Sequence record: SRR22947727_834
Strand: one strand, 5' to 3'
DNA: 60,632 nt
How positions within the stretch are numbered: position 1 is the first letter of the stretch; each line of letters starts with the position of its first letter. The position numbers and the translations under genes were made by a program. Of the stretch, positions 9,251-20,263 are shown in pieces. The notes under the pieces are model-generated. The model was not told the origin of the DNA and searched no databases. It worked only from the letters and a program-made list of their open reading frames with translations.

Positions 9251-10290
9251 GCCTACCCACCCAGCGCGACGCAGCAGGCCAACTGCGCGCTCTGGGCTGG
9301 TCAAAGTATTTTGCCGATCAAGCCACCTCCGCCGCCCTCTCGAAAACCCTACCCGTGCGGATCACACAGGTGCATCGCAACACGCTGCATATCCAAGGCG
9401 TTGATCTCGACATGATCATTCCGGGCCTTCACGGCGTCACAGTTGGAGACTGGCTCCTCTTTGACGCCGACACGCCGCGCAACAGTCAATTGTTGAGCCG
9501 CAAAAGCTTGATCAAACGGCGCGCACCGGGTCATGATCGCAAAGAACAACTGATCGCTGCCAATCTGGATACGGCTTTTGTTGTGACCTCTTGTAACAAT
9601 GACTTCAGCCTGGCACGGTTGGAACGCTATGTTGCCATGGCCCATGAGGCCGGTGTTACCCCGGTCATCATTTTAAGCAAAATCGATTTGACCACCGAAG
9701 CCAGCGACTTTGCAGCGCAGGCGCAAAGTATTTCACCGCAGCTCTCAGTGGTCTGCCTCGACGCCCGCAGTCCCGAGGCCGTTGAACTCTTACGCCCTTG
9801 GTGCCAAGCCGGGCAAACCGTCGCCTTTCTGGGCTCCTCTGGGGTGGGCAAATCGACCTTGACCAATTCCCTGGCCGGCAATGAGGCCATTGCGACCCAA
9901 GATGTCCGCGCCAGCGACGACAAGGGCCGTCACACCACCACCGGACGGCAATTGCACATTCTGCCCAGCGGATGCGCCGTATTGGATACGCCTGGGATGC
10001 GTGAAATCCAACTGACTGATGTCTCTATCGGCTTGGAAGAAACCTTCGCGGACCTGCACGCCCTCACACAAAACTGCCGCTTCAATGACTGTGCCCACAA
10101 GACAGAACCCGGCTGCGCCGTGCAAGCGGCCGTTGCTTCAGGAGAGGTTGATGTGCCGCGCCTGCAACGCTGGCTCAAACTTGTGGCGGAAGATGCCGAA
10201 AACACCAAATTCTTGGCCAATCGCAAACTGCGTGATCGGGCAAAAAACAAACCCGAAAAATCTGTCACAAAATACGACTCAAAGAAATAG
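9247..10290 (+). CDS. rsgA: Ribosome small subunit-dependent GTPase A family
   Basis: Circularly permuted G motifs SKID, GSSGVGKS, GRHTTT, DTPG and zinc finger CRFNDCAH..EPGC; TTG start overlaps phaZ stop. Confidence 0.9.
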   Translation: MSLPTQRDAAGQLRALGWSKYFADQATSAALSKTLPVRITQVHRNTLHIQGVDLDMIIPGLHGVTVGDWLLFDADTPRNSQLLSRKSLIKRRAPGHDRKEQLIAANLDTAFVVTSCNNDFSLARLERYVAMAHEAGVTPVIILSKIDLTTEASDFAAQAQSISPQLSVVCLDARSPEAVELLRPWCQAGQTVAFLGSSGVGKSTLTNSLAGNEAIATQDVRASDDKGRHTTTGRQLHILPSGCAVLDTPGMREIQLTDVSIGLEETFADLHALTQNCRFNDCAHKTEPGCAVQAAVASGEVDVPRLQRWLKLVAEDAENTKFLANRKLRDRAKNKPEKSVTKYDSKK

Positions 10291-10296
10291 CACCCC

Positions 10297-10992
10297 TCAT
10301 GTCAGCCAATGACGCAGGGCAGAAATGGTCGCCTCTGGCTGTTCCAGGGTCGGAATATGTCCCGCGTTTTCAATAACAACCAGCTCTGCGGGCTCAATCA
10401 ATTCAGCTATGAATTCTTGTCTCTGAAGCGGGGTGACTAGATCTTCAGCACCACAGAGCACCAAACAGGGGCACTTAATTAAGGCCAGAGACCGCTGATA
10501 ATCCCGGCGTTTTTGCAAAGCCCGCGATTGGCGCACGAAGACATCTGGCCCGAGCGACAGTGCCATATCCACCATCATGTCGAAAATATGGGCTTTGAAG
10601 GGTGTCTCGGCCAGGAGCTCAGGGATCAACTCCTCGCGGATGACCTGTTCCAGCCGCCCCGTGCGCGCCGCGATGATCTGCGGCTCCCTTTCGGCCGCCC
10701 GTACCGGCGTTTCGCCCATGGGATTGGTCGCAATCAAGCACAGGCGGCTCACGCGCGTGGGCGCGCGCCGCAAGATCTCCAGCGCAACAGTACCACCGAA
10801 CCCATGCCCGCAGAGCGCAAAACGACGCGGCGCCATGTCCAAAATCATGCTGGCACGCTCTTCGACCCGCTCACCCAAATGGACCGGCCCAACCATCACA
10901 GCTCGGTCGTGAGAGAGCCCGTCAATTTGTGGCGCAAAAAGGCGCGCATCGCACATCATGTCAGGTAAAACTACAAGCGGATCCAAATTCAT
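10297..10992 (-). CDS. Alpha/beta hydrolase fold protein lacking the nucleophile Ser
   Basis: Fold motifs GAED..TP and AGH.PTLEQP present; nucleophile elbow reads GHGFGG. Confidence 0.8.
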   Translation of the reverse strand: MNLDPLVVLPDMMCDARLFAPQIDGLSHDRAVMVGPVHLGERVEERASMILDMAPRRFALCGHGFGGTVALEILRRAPTRVSRLCLIATNPMGETPVRAAEREPQIIAARTGRLEQVIREELIPELLAETPFKAHIFDMMVDMALSLGPDVFVRQSRALQKRRDYQRSLALIKCPCLVLCGAEDLVTPLQRQEFIAELIEPAELVVIENAGHIPTLEQPEATISALRHWLT

Positions 10993-11111
10993 GCCGCATT
11001 ACTTGCAATTTTTAAAACGCTTGCCAAGTTCTCCCGAGGGGAATTAACCTTAATAGTTCTATATCTTACAAAGATATTCGCAAAACCCATGCGGCGCGGG
11101 CAAACCAAATC

Positions 11112-11420
11112 TCAACCGCCCATGACCATCAATTCTGAAACCGCCATTTTGGCATGATCTGAAAACGGGTCGGACTGCGCGATTTTCACAGCGGCTTCTA
11201 TATCGTCTGCCTCAACGATCAAAAACCCGGTGATGGCCACAGGCTCATCACTTACTCCATCCGGGCCAACCACTTTGGAGCGTTTCACCGGTGAAGCGGG
11301 ATAAACCACGGCCTCCCCCAAGCCCGTCAACCAGTTCATCCATTTGCCCATATGCGCCTTGCCTTCTTCTGGCGACGTCATCTGAGGTTGCTCTAAATAA
11401 GTTAATAAAAATTGTGCCAC
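11112..11420 (-). CDS. YciI/DGPF-like small protein
   Basis: W..W...L, ITGF.IVEA.D...A..IA...P pattern; AGGAG RBS before GTG. Confidence 0.75.
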   Translation of the reverse strand: MAQFLLTYLEQPQMTSPEEGKAHMGKWMNWLTGLGEAVVYPASPVKRSKVVGPDGVSDEPVAITGFLIVEADDIEAAVKIAQSDPFSDHAKMAVSELMVMGG

Positions 11421-11438
11421 GCGATAATCTCCTAAAAT

Positions 11439-12188
11439 TCATTTTGCCTTAATTGCGCCAATCACATCCGTAATCGCCTCTTGGGTCAAGGCCAGAGCTC
11501 GGGGAGATGAAAAACGGTGATCCCCTCCCTTGAGCAAGCGCAGTTGAATATCATCGCCCGTGGCAAGCGCAAAAAGGCGTTGAGCCAGGTCAACGGAAAC
11601 CTCCTCATCCTCATCACCTTGCAAAAATCGCGTGGGAAAGGGCAAATGCAGCGGGCTGCGCAGAACAAGATGCAACCGACCGTCCTCAATGAGGCGTTTG
11701 GTGATCGGATAGGGATCGCCGTAATCCGACGGAATATTAACCAGCCCCTCTTGAGCCAAAAACTTGCGCGTGTCCGCATTGAAGCTTGCCCAAAACCCAT
11801 CTTCTGTAAAATCTGGAGCCGCGGCGATGGTCACCAGCCCGGCAATACGCTCTGGAATTCTCTTTGCCATCAAAAGGGAAATCCAGCCTCCCATCGACGA
11901 GCCAACCAAAATTTGTGGGCCTTGGGTGAGTTCACAAATTGCCGCCTGCGTATCTTCCGCCCAATCGCCAATGCATCCATCGGTGAAGGCCTCCGAAGAC
12001 GCGCCGTGCCCCGAATAGTCAAATCGCAGAAACCCGCGCCCCTCCGCCTTGCACCAGGCCTCCAATTGCAGCGCCTTGGTGCCCGTCATATCGGACATAA
12101 ACCCACCCAAAAACACCACGCCCGGCCCCATGCCCTTGCTCTGCACATAGGCAATCTTGCGGCCCGTATCCGTTGTTAAAAATTTCAT
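11439..12188 (-). CDS. Alpha/beta hydrolase (ABHD10-like)
   Basis: GGFMSDMTGTKA, RFDYSGHG, GSSMGG, APDFT, GDHRFS; start taken at MKFLTT. Confidence 0.88.
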   Translation of the reverse strand: MKFLTTDTGRKIAYVQSKGMGPGVVFLGGFMSDMTGTKALQLEAWCKAEGRGFLRFDYSGHGASSEAFTDGCIGDWAEDTQAAICELTQGPQILVGSSMGGWISLLMAKRIPERIAGLVTIAAAPDFTEDGFWASFNADTRKFLAQEGLVNIPSDYGDPYPITKRLIEDGRLHLVLRSPLHLPFPTRFLQGDEDEEVSVDLAQRLFALATGDDIQLRLLKGGDHRFSSPRALALTQEAITDVIGAIKAK

Positions 12189-12369
12189 GCGCCCCCCAAA
12201 GTCTGATCCTAATTTTAGCTGCACAATGGACACTGACAATGATATTTCACGCCCCCGCGAGTCCATCTGATGGGCCTGTGTCATAATGGCCGCAACGCGC
12301 CCCGCCGCTTGAGCGGTTGACAGTCAAATTCAAAACCGCCAAACAGCGGCCGAACCAAATACCCGCAAC

Positions 12370-12408
12370 CGGGCGTTCCGTGGGCGCCAAACTGACGAGG
12401 AGTGCCCG
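12370..12408 (+). promoter_or_regulatory. thrS leader: anticodon-like hairpin versus SD-sequestering helix
   Basis: Stem GGCGT/GCGCC with 7-nt loop TCCGTGG (CGT centred); alternative 10-bp helix 12370-12379/12399-12408 covers the GAGGAG SD. Confidence 0.45.
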
Positions 12409-12410
12409 TG

Positions 12411-14357
12411 ATGGCCCAAATCTCACTCACCCTTCCTGACAATTCTATCCGCCATTATGAGGCCGGCATCACCGCCGCCGAAGTGGCTGCTGATATCGCC
12501 AGCTCTTTGGCGAAGAAGGCGATTTCTGCCACAGTGAATGGCGCACATTTTGATCTGGCTTGGCCCATTGAGACCGACGCCACGATCGCCATTCACACCA
12601 TGAAAGATGAGGCGCAAGCCAATGAGCTGATTCGCCATGATTTGGCCCATATCATGGCCCGTGCGGTTCAAGAGATCTGGCCCGATGTTCAGGTGACCAT
12701 AGGCCCGGTGATCAAAGACGGCTGGTATTATGATTTTGATCGCAAAGACCCTTTCACCCCGGAAGACTTGGGCGTGATCGAGAAAAAGATGAAGGAAATC
12801 ATCAACAAGCGCGATGCCGTCCGCACCGAAGTTTGGGACCGTGCGCGCGCGGTGCAACATTATACCGATGCCAAAGAGCCCTATAAGGTGGAGCTGATTG
12901 ACGCCATCCCTGGGGACGAACCGCTGCGGATGTATTGGCACGGTGACTGGCAAGACCTCTGCCGTGGACCGCATTTGCAACACACAGGGCAAGTGCCCGC
13001 GGATGGGTTCAAACTGATGAATGTGGCCGGCGCCTATTGGCGCGGCGACAGCGACCGAGCGATGCTACAACGCATCTATGGGGTCGCATTTTCCAATAAG
13101 GAAAAGCTCAAAGCCCATCTGCATATGCTGGAAGAAGCCGCAAAACGCGACCACCGCAAATTGGGCCGCGAAATGGATTTGTACCATATGCAAGAAGAGG
13201 CGCCCGGGCAGGTCTTTTGGCATCCAAACGGCTGGACCATCTACACCGAGCTACAAGATTACATGCGCCGCAAACAACGCGCAGGCGGGTATGTTGAAGT
13301 CAACACCCCGCAGGTCGTGGACCGCAAGCTCTGGGTGGCCTCAGGCCATTGGGACAAATACCAGGAGAATATGTTCATCGTTGAGGTGGATGAAGAACAT
13401 GCCCGCGAAAAGGCCGTCAATGCGCTCAAGCCGATGAACTGCCCCTGCCATGTTCAAATTTTCAATCAAGGCTTGAAATCCTACAGAGATCTGCCGCTGC
13501 GCATGGCGGAATTTGGCAGCTGCGCACGCTACGAGCCATCCGGTGCACTGCATGGCATTATGCGGGTGCGCGGCTTTACCCAAGACGACGGGCATATTTT
13601 CTGCCGTGAAGATCAAATCGAAGAGGAAACGGCGCTATATATCGCCTATCTAACCTCCGTTTACAAAGATCTCGGCTTTGAATCCTTTCGGGTGAAATTC
13701 AGTGATCGGCCAGAAAAGCGCTCCGGCTCTGATGAGGTTTGGGATCGTGCAGAAACCGCCCTTTTGGCCGCGACCCGCAAAGCGGGCATTGAACCGGAGA
13801 TGAACCCGGGAGAAGGCGCCTTCTATGGTCCAAAATTGGAGTTTGTTTTGACAGACGCCATTGGCCGGGATTGGCAATGCGGCACCCATCAGGTGGATTT
13901 CGTTCTGCCTGAACGCTTGGACGCCAGCTACATCGGTGAAGATGGGAATAAGCATAGGCCGGTCATGCTGCATCGCGCCTGCTTGGGGTCTTTTGAGCGC
14001 TTCATAGGGATATTGATCGAAGAACATGCTGGTCGCTTGCCACTTTGGCTGGCACCGCGTCAGGTGGTCGTAGCTTCCATTGTGTCGGACGCCGATGAAT
14101 TTGTTCATGAGGCGGTTGCGGCCCTGCGCGCCGCGGGCATTCGGGCCGAAGCCGATACCCGCAACGAAAAAATCAATTATAAAGTGCGCGAGCATTCCGT
14201 GGCCAAAGTGCCTGTGATCCTCGCTGTGGGGATGAAAGAGGTTGCAGATCGCACGCTCTCCATGCGCCGCTTGGGCAGCAAAAACAGCGAAGTTGTGGCG
14301 CTCGATCAACTGGTGGCAGAGCTCAAAACCGAATCCACACCACCAGATTTGCTGTAA
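12411..14357 (+). CDS. thrS: Threonine--tRNA ligase
   Basis: TGS domain, DLCRGPH, GAYWRG, RDHRKLG, KPMNCP, GAFYGPK, MLHRA; GAGGAG RBS. Confidence 0.98.
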   Translation: MAQISLTLPDNSIRHYEAGITAAEVAADIASSLAKKAISATVNGAHFDLAWPIETDATIAIHTMKDEAQANELIRHDLAHIMARAVQEIWPDVQVTIGPVIKDGWYYDFDRKDPFTPEDLGVIEKKMKEIINKRDAVRTEVWDRARAVQHYTDAKEPYKVELIDAIPGDEPLRMYWHGDWQDLCRGPHLQHTGQVPADGFKLMNVAGAYWRGDSDRAMLQRIYGVAFSNKEKLKAHLHMLEEAAKRDHRKLGREMDLYHMQEEAPGQVFWHPNGWTIYTELQDYMRRKQRAGGYVEVNTPQVVDRKLWVASGHWDKYQENMFIVEVDEEHAREKAVNALKPMNCPCHVQIFNQGLKSYRDLPLRMAEFGSCARYEPSGALHGIMRVRGFTQDDGHIFCREDQIEEETALYIAYLTSVYKDLGFESFRVKFSDRPEKRSGSDEVWDRAETALLAATRKAGIEPEMNPGEGAFYGPKLEFVLTDAIGRDWQCGTHQVDFVLPERLDASYIGEDGNKHRPVMLHRACLGSFERFIGILIEEHAGRLPLWLAPRQVVVASIVSDADEFVHEAVAALRAAGIRAEADTRNEKINYKVREHSVAKVPVILAVGMKEVADRTLSMRRLGSKNSEVVALDQLVAELKTESTPPDLL

Positions 14358-14408
14358 AATCCGCATCCATTATAAATCAAGAGCCTGCCCGGTCATCGCA
14401 TCGGGCAG

Positions 14409-14741
14409 CTATGCCCCCGGCAAAGCCGCATAATAGGCCGCCACATCAGGCTTCCAGCCGAGCGTCATCTGTCCATCGTGGACAATCAACGGGCGCTTCA
14501 TCAGCGTCGGATACGCCTTGAGCAGCGCCAACGGATCACCGGTACGGGCCACCTCATCCAAGCCGCGCCAGGTGGTCGAGGCACGGTTCAACAGAGCATC
14601 CCCAAACTTTGTAAGGGCCGCTTCAAGCACTGCGTCCGGCACCTGCCCCTCCCGCACATCGATATATTCGACCTGCTGATTTTGCAGCGCTTTTCTTGCT
14701 TTGCGACAGCTGTCGCAGGTTTTTAATCCATAGAGTTGCAT
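14409..14741 (-). CDS. ArsC/Spx (YffB-like) family protein
   Basis: MQLYGLKTCDSCRKA, LLNRASTTWR, PTLMKRP; AAGGA RBS before ATG 14741. Confidence 0.88.
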   Translation of the reverse strand: MQLYGLKTCDSCRKARKALQNQQVEYIDVREGQVPDAVLEAALTKFGDALLNRASTTWRGLDEVARTGDPLALLKAYPTLMKRPLIVHDGQMTLGWKPDVAAYYAALPGA

Positions 14742-14889
14742 AAAATTTTCCTTGATTTTATTTTTAATCGCATAATTGTAGAGACATGGCATCTGGAAAA
14801 CAGGGTATTCGTGAGAATTTTTGCCCTTCAGATGCGTGATGCCGCCCGCAACACTTCGGGCGTGTAGGTATGAATTGGGAGAATATGAT

Positions 14890-15099
14890 ATGCCTTTGGG
14901 CACAGTAAAATGGTTCAACACCACAAAAGGTTTCGGGTTCATTGAACCAGAAGGTGGAGGGAATGACGTGTTTGTCCATATTTCAGCAGTCGAACGCGCT
15001 GGAATGACAAGCTTGGCTGACAACCAAAAAATAAACTATGAGCTGGTCGAAGGACGCGACGGGCGTCAAATGGCCGGTGAATTGAGCAACGCCGACTAA
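14890..15099 (+). CDS. cspA: Cold-shock protein
   Basis: GTVKWFN..KGFGFI, DVFVHISA RNP motifs; 69 aa; GGGAG RBS. Confidence 0.95.
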   Translation: MPLGTVKWFNTTKGFGFIEPEGGGNDVFVHISAVERAGMTSLADNQKINYELVEGRDGRQMAGELSNAD

Positions 15100-15188
15100 A
15101 CGCGCCGTCCCGCAGCCTGAGCGGACGGTGATCCGCTATATGTTGGGCCGCGCCCAACCTGTTTACTTTTGTGTCATGCTCTTAGGAA

Positions 15189-16097
15189 TTAACGCCCGAT
15201 CACCGATTCAAATTCTCGCCATTCACCCTTGCTCATACCTGAGTCTTCCTGCGTAACAGGCTCGCCGGCAAGCATACGCTTCAGACATTCAACCGATTTT
15301 GCCGAGAGCACCGCGCCACCCAAACGGTAATCCTCAAAAGCGCCATAGGCCGCCGGCACCCAGTCGCGCACCATCTCACAAATAGCCTCCGCATAGACCC
15401 GAATTTCATATTGCGCATGAGAATCAGCCCGAAGACGCAGGAAGTGAAACAGGTTATGCAGATCAACTTTCCAATACCATTGCGTGTAAATATTCGCCGG
15501 TAGGTTCATGCGCGCCAATTCACGGGCCAAACCATCCTGCCCATCATCCGAGATCATCGACTCATAATTGTCATAGGCGCGGTTGCTGTCCGATTTCAAA
15601 ATCTCCAAAACCCGCGCCGCTTCGGCCCCTTGCAAAACCTGACCACGGCCCTGATTGTTCACCACCGATTGCGCAGCCAGAGAGTCCGGCTCTGGAATGT
15701 AAAACTCCCGATCCAAAATCGAATAGCGCGCTGAATACTCATTTACATTGGCCGTGCGGTGGCGAATCCATTGGCGAGCCACAAAAACCGGTAATTTCAC
15801 ATGCAGTTTGATTTCGCACATCTCAAAAGGCGTGGAATGCCAGTGGCGCATCAGGTAACGAATGAGGCCCGCATCATTTTGTACGGATTTTGTCCCCTTG
15901 CCGTAGCTGACCCGTGCGGCTTGGCAGATAGCGGCATCATCGCCCATATAATCGATCACCCGCACAAACCCGTGGTCCAAAACAGGCTTGGCACTGTAAA
16001 GATGTTCTTCCATGCCTGGCGCGACAGCCCGCAGGGTAAGCTGGGGATTTGATCGCAGCTGGTCAATTTCTTCTTGTTGTTCTGGTGTCAGCAGCAT
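15189..16097 (-). CDS. thyX: FAD-dependent thymidylate synthase
   Basis: [30 protein letters not shown] (RHR-X7-S), ELAR..LP, HAQYEIR. Confidence 0.96.
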   Translation of the reverse strand: MLLTPEQQEEIDQLRSNPQLTLRAVAPGMEEHLYSAKPVLDHGFVRVIDYMGDDAAICQAARVSYGKGTKSVQNDAGLIRYLMRHWHSTPFEMCEIKLHVKLPVFVARQWIRHRTANVNEYSARYSILDREFYIPEPDSLAAQSVVNNQGRGQVLQGAEAARVLEILKSDSNRAYDNYESMISDDGQDGLARELARMNLPANIYTQWYWKVDLHNLFHFLRLRADSHAQYEIRVYAEAICEMVRDWVPAAYGAFEDYRLGGAVLSAKSVECLKRMLAGEPVTQEDSGMSKGEWREFESVIGR

Positions 16098-16138
16098 CAC
16101 TATCCCCTTAGTTAACCCCATCTGGAGCGATTCCCTTA

Positions 16139-16186
16139 ACACTATATATGGAGTAATCTGAAGGATGAACCTACTATATAAAGGCA
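16139..16186. promoter_or_regulatory. Tandem NrdR-like boxes in the thyX/gloA intergenic region
   Basis: ACACTATATATGGAGT (16139-16154) and CTACTATATAAAGGCA (16171-16186), 32 bp apart. Confidence 0.6.
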
Positions 16187-16187
16187 A

Positions 16188-16616
16188 ATGCAAATGAAAT
16201 ATCTACACACAATGGTCCGCGTGGCCGATTTAGACGCCTCCATCGCTTTTTTTGCCCTCTTGGGGCTAGAAGAAACGCGCCGTTGGGACAATGAAGCTGG
16301 ACGTTTCACCCTGGTTTTTATGGCTCCTCCTGGCCAACCAGAGTGTCCCGTTGAACTGACCTATAACTGGGATGGTGATGACGGCCTGCCGTCAGACAGC
16401 CGACATTTCGGGCATTTGGCCTATGAGGTGAAAGATATTTATGCCACCTGCCAGCATCTCATGGACAATGGCATCACAATCAATCGCCCGCCACGCGAAG
16501 GCCGCATGGCTTTTGTGCGCAGCCCAGACAATATCTCGATTGAGCTCTTGCAAGAGGGTGACAACCTGCCCGTGGCCGAACCCTGGGCGAGTATGGAAAA
16601 CATCGGTCATTGGTGA
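16188..16616 (+). CDS. gloA: Lactoylglutathione lyase (glyoxalase I) family
   Basis: [26 protein letters not shown]; start could be 16194. Confidence 0.88.
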   Translation: MQMKYLHTMVRVADLDASIAFFALLGLEETRRWDNEAGRFTLVFMAPPGQPECPVELTYNWDGDDGLPSDSRHFGHLAYEVKDIYATCQHLMDNGITINRPPREGRMAFVRSPDNISIELLQEGDNLPVAEPWASMENIGHW

Positions 16617-17347
16617 ATCGTCGCCTCTGCAAAGCCCTGGCCGCTCTGTCATTTACGTTTTGGGTGACAAGCTCGGCCGGCGCTGACGCCGCCTGCCGCC
16701 AGGCCCTGGCCTTGGGCCTGGATGTGTCAGGATCTGTCGACGAGGCCGAATATCAGCTGCAACTGCAGGGGCTGGCCGCCGCCTTGATCAGTGATGATGT
16801 CCGCGCAAGTCTCATGCGCCTGCCCGATGCACCGGTCCGGGTTTTGGTTTTTGAATGGAGCGGTCAGGACTATCAGCGGGTCCTCATCCCGTGGACAGAT
16901 ATAACAAGCCCATCGCGCCTTAAGGCTGTTTCCGAGCAACTGCGGTCCACCACCCGCCGCCAAGCCCCACCAACCACCGCTTTGGGTCAAGCCATACAGG
17001 TCGGAGCTGGGTTTCTAAACCAACAGCCAGACTGCTGGAAGCGCACTTTGGATATTTCGGGGGATGGGAAAAACAACACGGGTCCAGAACCGCATCACGT
17101 CAACGGCCCAGAGAAGATCGGAGATATTGTCATCAACGCATTGATCATCGGCGTTGATGCCACCTCCCGGCTGTCCCATGCTGAACTGTCCATTGCCGAA
17201 TTGACCGCCTATTTTGCGCATCGCGTTCTGGCCGGGCCAGACGCGTTTTCCGAAGTTGCCATCGGTTTTGACGATTATGAGCGCGCCATGAGCCGAAAAT
17301 TACTTCGCGAATTGGAATTTTTGAGCATGAGCCAATCGGATCAATAA
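16610..17347 (+). CDS. DUF1194 family secreted vWA-domain protein
   Basis: Signal-like N-terminus, MIDAS DVSGS, FEWSG, DISGDG.NN. Confidence 0.82.
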   Translation: MVNRRLCKALAALSFTFWVTSSAGADAACRQALALGLDVSGSVDEAEYQLQLQGLAAALISDDVRASLMRLPDAPVRVLVFEWSGQDYQRVLIPWTDITSPSRLKAVSEQLRSTTRRQAPPTTALGQAIQVGAGFLNQQPDCWKRTLDISGDGKNNTGPEPHHVNGPEKIGDIVINALIIGVDATSRLSHAELSIAELTAYFAHRVLAGPDAFSEVAIGFDDYERAMSRKLLRELEFLSMSQSDQ

Positions 17348-17826
17348 ATAAATCGAATCTGTTTGCCCCAATATTGCTCCATCCGCCGCAGCGCTGCATT
17401 GATATCCTCGACCCCGGTGCCTTGCAAAACCCCCTCCGATTGCAGCGCAGCCGCATGACCCTCAAACAAGTCATTCACAAGTCCACGAATATGTTGCCCC
17501 TTATCGGTCAGCCTCACGCGCACAGACCGCCGGTCCGCCCGGCACCGTTCATGGTGCATATAGCCCATACCCACCAATTTTTTCAGATTGTAACTGACAT
17601 TTGAGCCCTGATAATATCCGCGGCTCTTCAGCTCGCCCGCGGTGACCTCATTGTCGCCGATGTTGAATACGAGCAAAGCCTGCACGGGGTTGATCTCAGT
17701 CACCCCAACCCGCTCAAATTCATCTTTGATAACATCCAACAACAAACGATGGAGCCGCTCGACCAAAGCCAAACTCTCCAAGTAATGGGTCATAAAACTC
17801 TTGCCGGTTTTGGAATCGCCACTCAT
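17341..17826 (-). CDS. MarR family regulator (LdtR-like)
   Basis: VERLHRLLLDVIKDEF, RGYYQGSNVSYNLKKL, DRRSVRVRLT. Confidence 0.88.
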   Translation of the reverse strand: MSGDSKTGKSFMTHYLESLALVERLHRLLLDVIKDEFERVGVTEINPVQALLVFNIGDNEVTAGELKSRGYYQGSNVSYNLKKLVGMGYMHHERCRADRRSVRVRLTDKGQHIRGLVNDLFEGHAAALQSEGVLQGTGVEDINAALRRMEQYWGKQIRFIY

Positions 17827-17897
17827 TGATCGCCTCTCACACTGCTTCGGTCCGCAGTATTGAGGAAATTCGCGAATATTATCTAAACGAGATGCGT

Positions 17898-18164
17898 TTA
17901 AACGGATGGACCCTGCAAACCTGCGACGATTTGGCCGATCATGGGCGCAAATTCTGCGGGAGCTGCGGCACTTCCGGTTACCCAAGAATAAAGATCATGG
18001 TCATTTTCTGCCAGCAACAAGTCGTAATTCACCAGCTCTTCTTCAGTCATCCGCTCCAAGGCGATTTCAGCAAAATGGCTTAAAATAATGTCCATTTCTT
18101 TGATTCCACGGCGCATAGAACGCATCTTCAGGCGTTTGATCCTATGATCATGCAGCTCAATCAT
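17898..18164 (-). CDS. sdhE: Succinate dehydrogenase flavinylation factor SdhE
   Basis: RS.RRG.KEMD motif, D.DLY.W; 88 aa. Confidence 0.9.
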   Translation of the reverse strand: MIELHDHRIKRLKMRSMRRGIKEMDIILSHFAEIALERMTEEELVNYDLLLAENDHDLYSWVTGSAAAPAEFAPMIGQIVAGLQGPSV

Positions 18165-18553
18165 TTCATGGCCAACCTTAATTTTTTTTCCAATTTACTC
18201 AGCCGATCGGCGGTACGGTTCATGTCCGTTTTTATTGCGCGCATTTCGATTAAAATTGTTTGAATATCGTCGGACAGCGGCGTCGTGTTCGGCTCTTCTG
18301 GCCCGATCCCCTCACCGCTCAGAAGCCACGGCAAAGACACGTTGAGCATTCCAGTCAACATTTGCAATTTATTGGCCCGCGGCTCGGAACGATCCTCTTC
18401 CCAGGCCTGCAAAGTGGTCAATTTAATTCCCAGACGGCGCGACAGTTGCGCCTGGGTCATGCCAGCCTTTTCCCGCGCCCCCAGAACACGATCCCCAAAC
18501 GTGGCTGCATCGGGACCGTACCAATCGAAGTTTGTATCAGATTCATTTTCCAT
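18161..18553 (-). CDS. XRE-family HTH transcriptional regulator
   Basis: GDR...ARE..GMTQ..L..RLG......WE.DRSEP, WLL.GEG; C-terminal coiled coil; ATGA overlap with sdhE. Confidence 0.85.
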   Translation of the reverse strand: MENESDTNFDWYGPDAATFGDRVLGAREKAGMTQAQLSRRLGIKLTTLQAWEEDRSEPRANKLQMLTGMLNVSLPWLLSGEGIGPEEPNTTPLSDDIQTILIEMRAIKTDMNRTADRLSKLEKKLRLAMK

Positions 18554-18617
18554 AATCGTTTTTCTCTTTCCAATTACTTCGCCTTGCAGCGCCCTGCACA
18601 TCTATCTAGAATTGTAG

Positions 18618-19844
<1,227 letters not shown>

Positions 19845-19858
19845 TTTGAGTTATTGCC

Positions 19859-20263
19859 ATGACCATTGCCCTACCAAGGTATTTTTTTCGAATCCGCGAA
19901 AACGGTGCGGTCCTGTTCAAGACTCCGGGAAATAATCGCCAAAATCGGCTGGAAATGCACCAAATCGCGGCAATTAACATACGCAACGAGACCGTGAAAC
20001 CGCTGGGCGATACTGTCCTGACCGATGAAGAAACCAAGTTGATCGCAGACTGGATGCGAGAGCGCAAAACCGTGCTAGAAGAGCGTGAAATCGATGACAT
20101 TTTACGAACTATTGATCACCTCAATCTGACCGCGCAATGGGCGCAATCAAAAGCCAGCGATGCAGATCTAGAGCGAGTCACAGATCAGCTGTTATTGTCC
20201 ATGCATGATCTGCGAACAATCCTGAGCCGCAAAAAAATCGAGCGGGCCACGAACAAGCCCTAA
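19859..20263 (+). CDS. Hypothetical protein
   Basis: 134-aa ORF filling the gap 14 nt after aatA; no recognised motif. Confidence 0.7.
   Translation: MTIALPRYFFRIRENGAVLFKTPGNNRQNRLEMHQIAAINIRNETVKPLGDTVLTDEETKLIADWMRERKTVLEEREIDDILRTIDHLNLTAQWAQSKASDADLERVTDQLLLSMHDLRTILSRKKIERATNKP

Noticed and set aside
12189..12284. N-terminal extension of the hydrolase ORF (MTQAHQ...)
   Set aside because: Family-like sequence begins at MKFLTT (12188); the extension runs into the thrS divergent promoter region and has no good RBS
14742..15023. Extended starts for the ArsC-like ORF (15023) and cspA (14821)
   Set aside because: They would overlap each other; RBS-supported starts are 14741 and 14890
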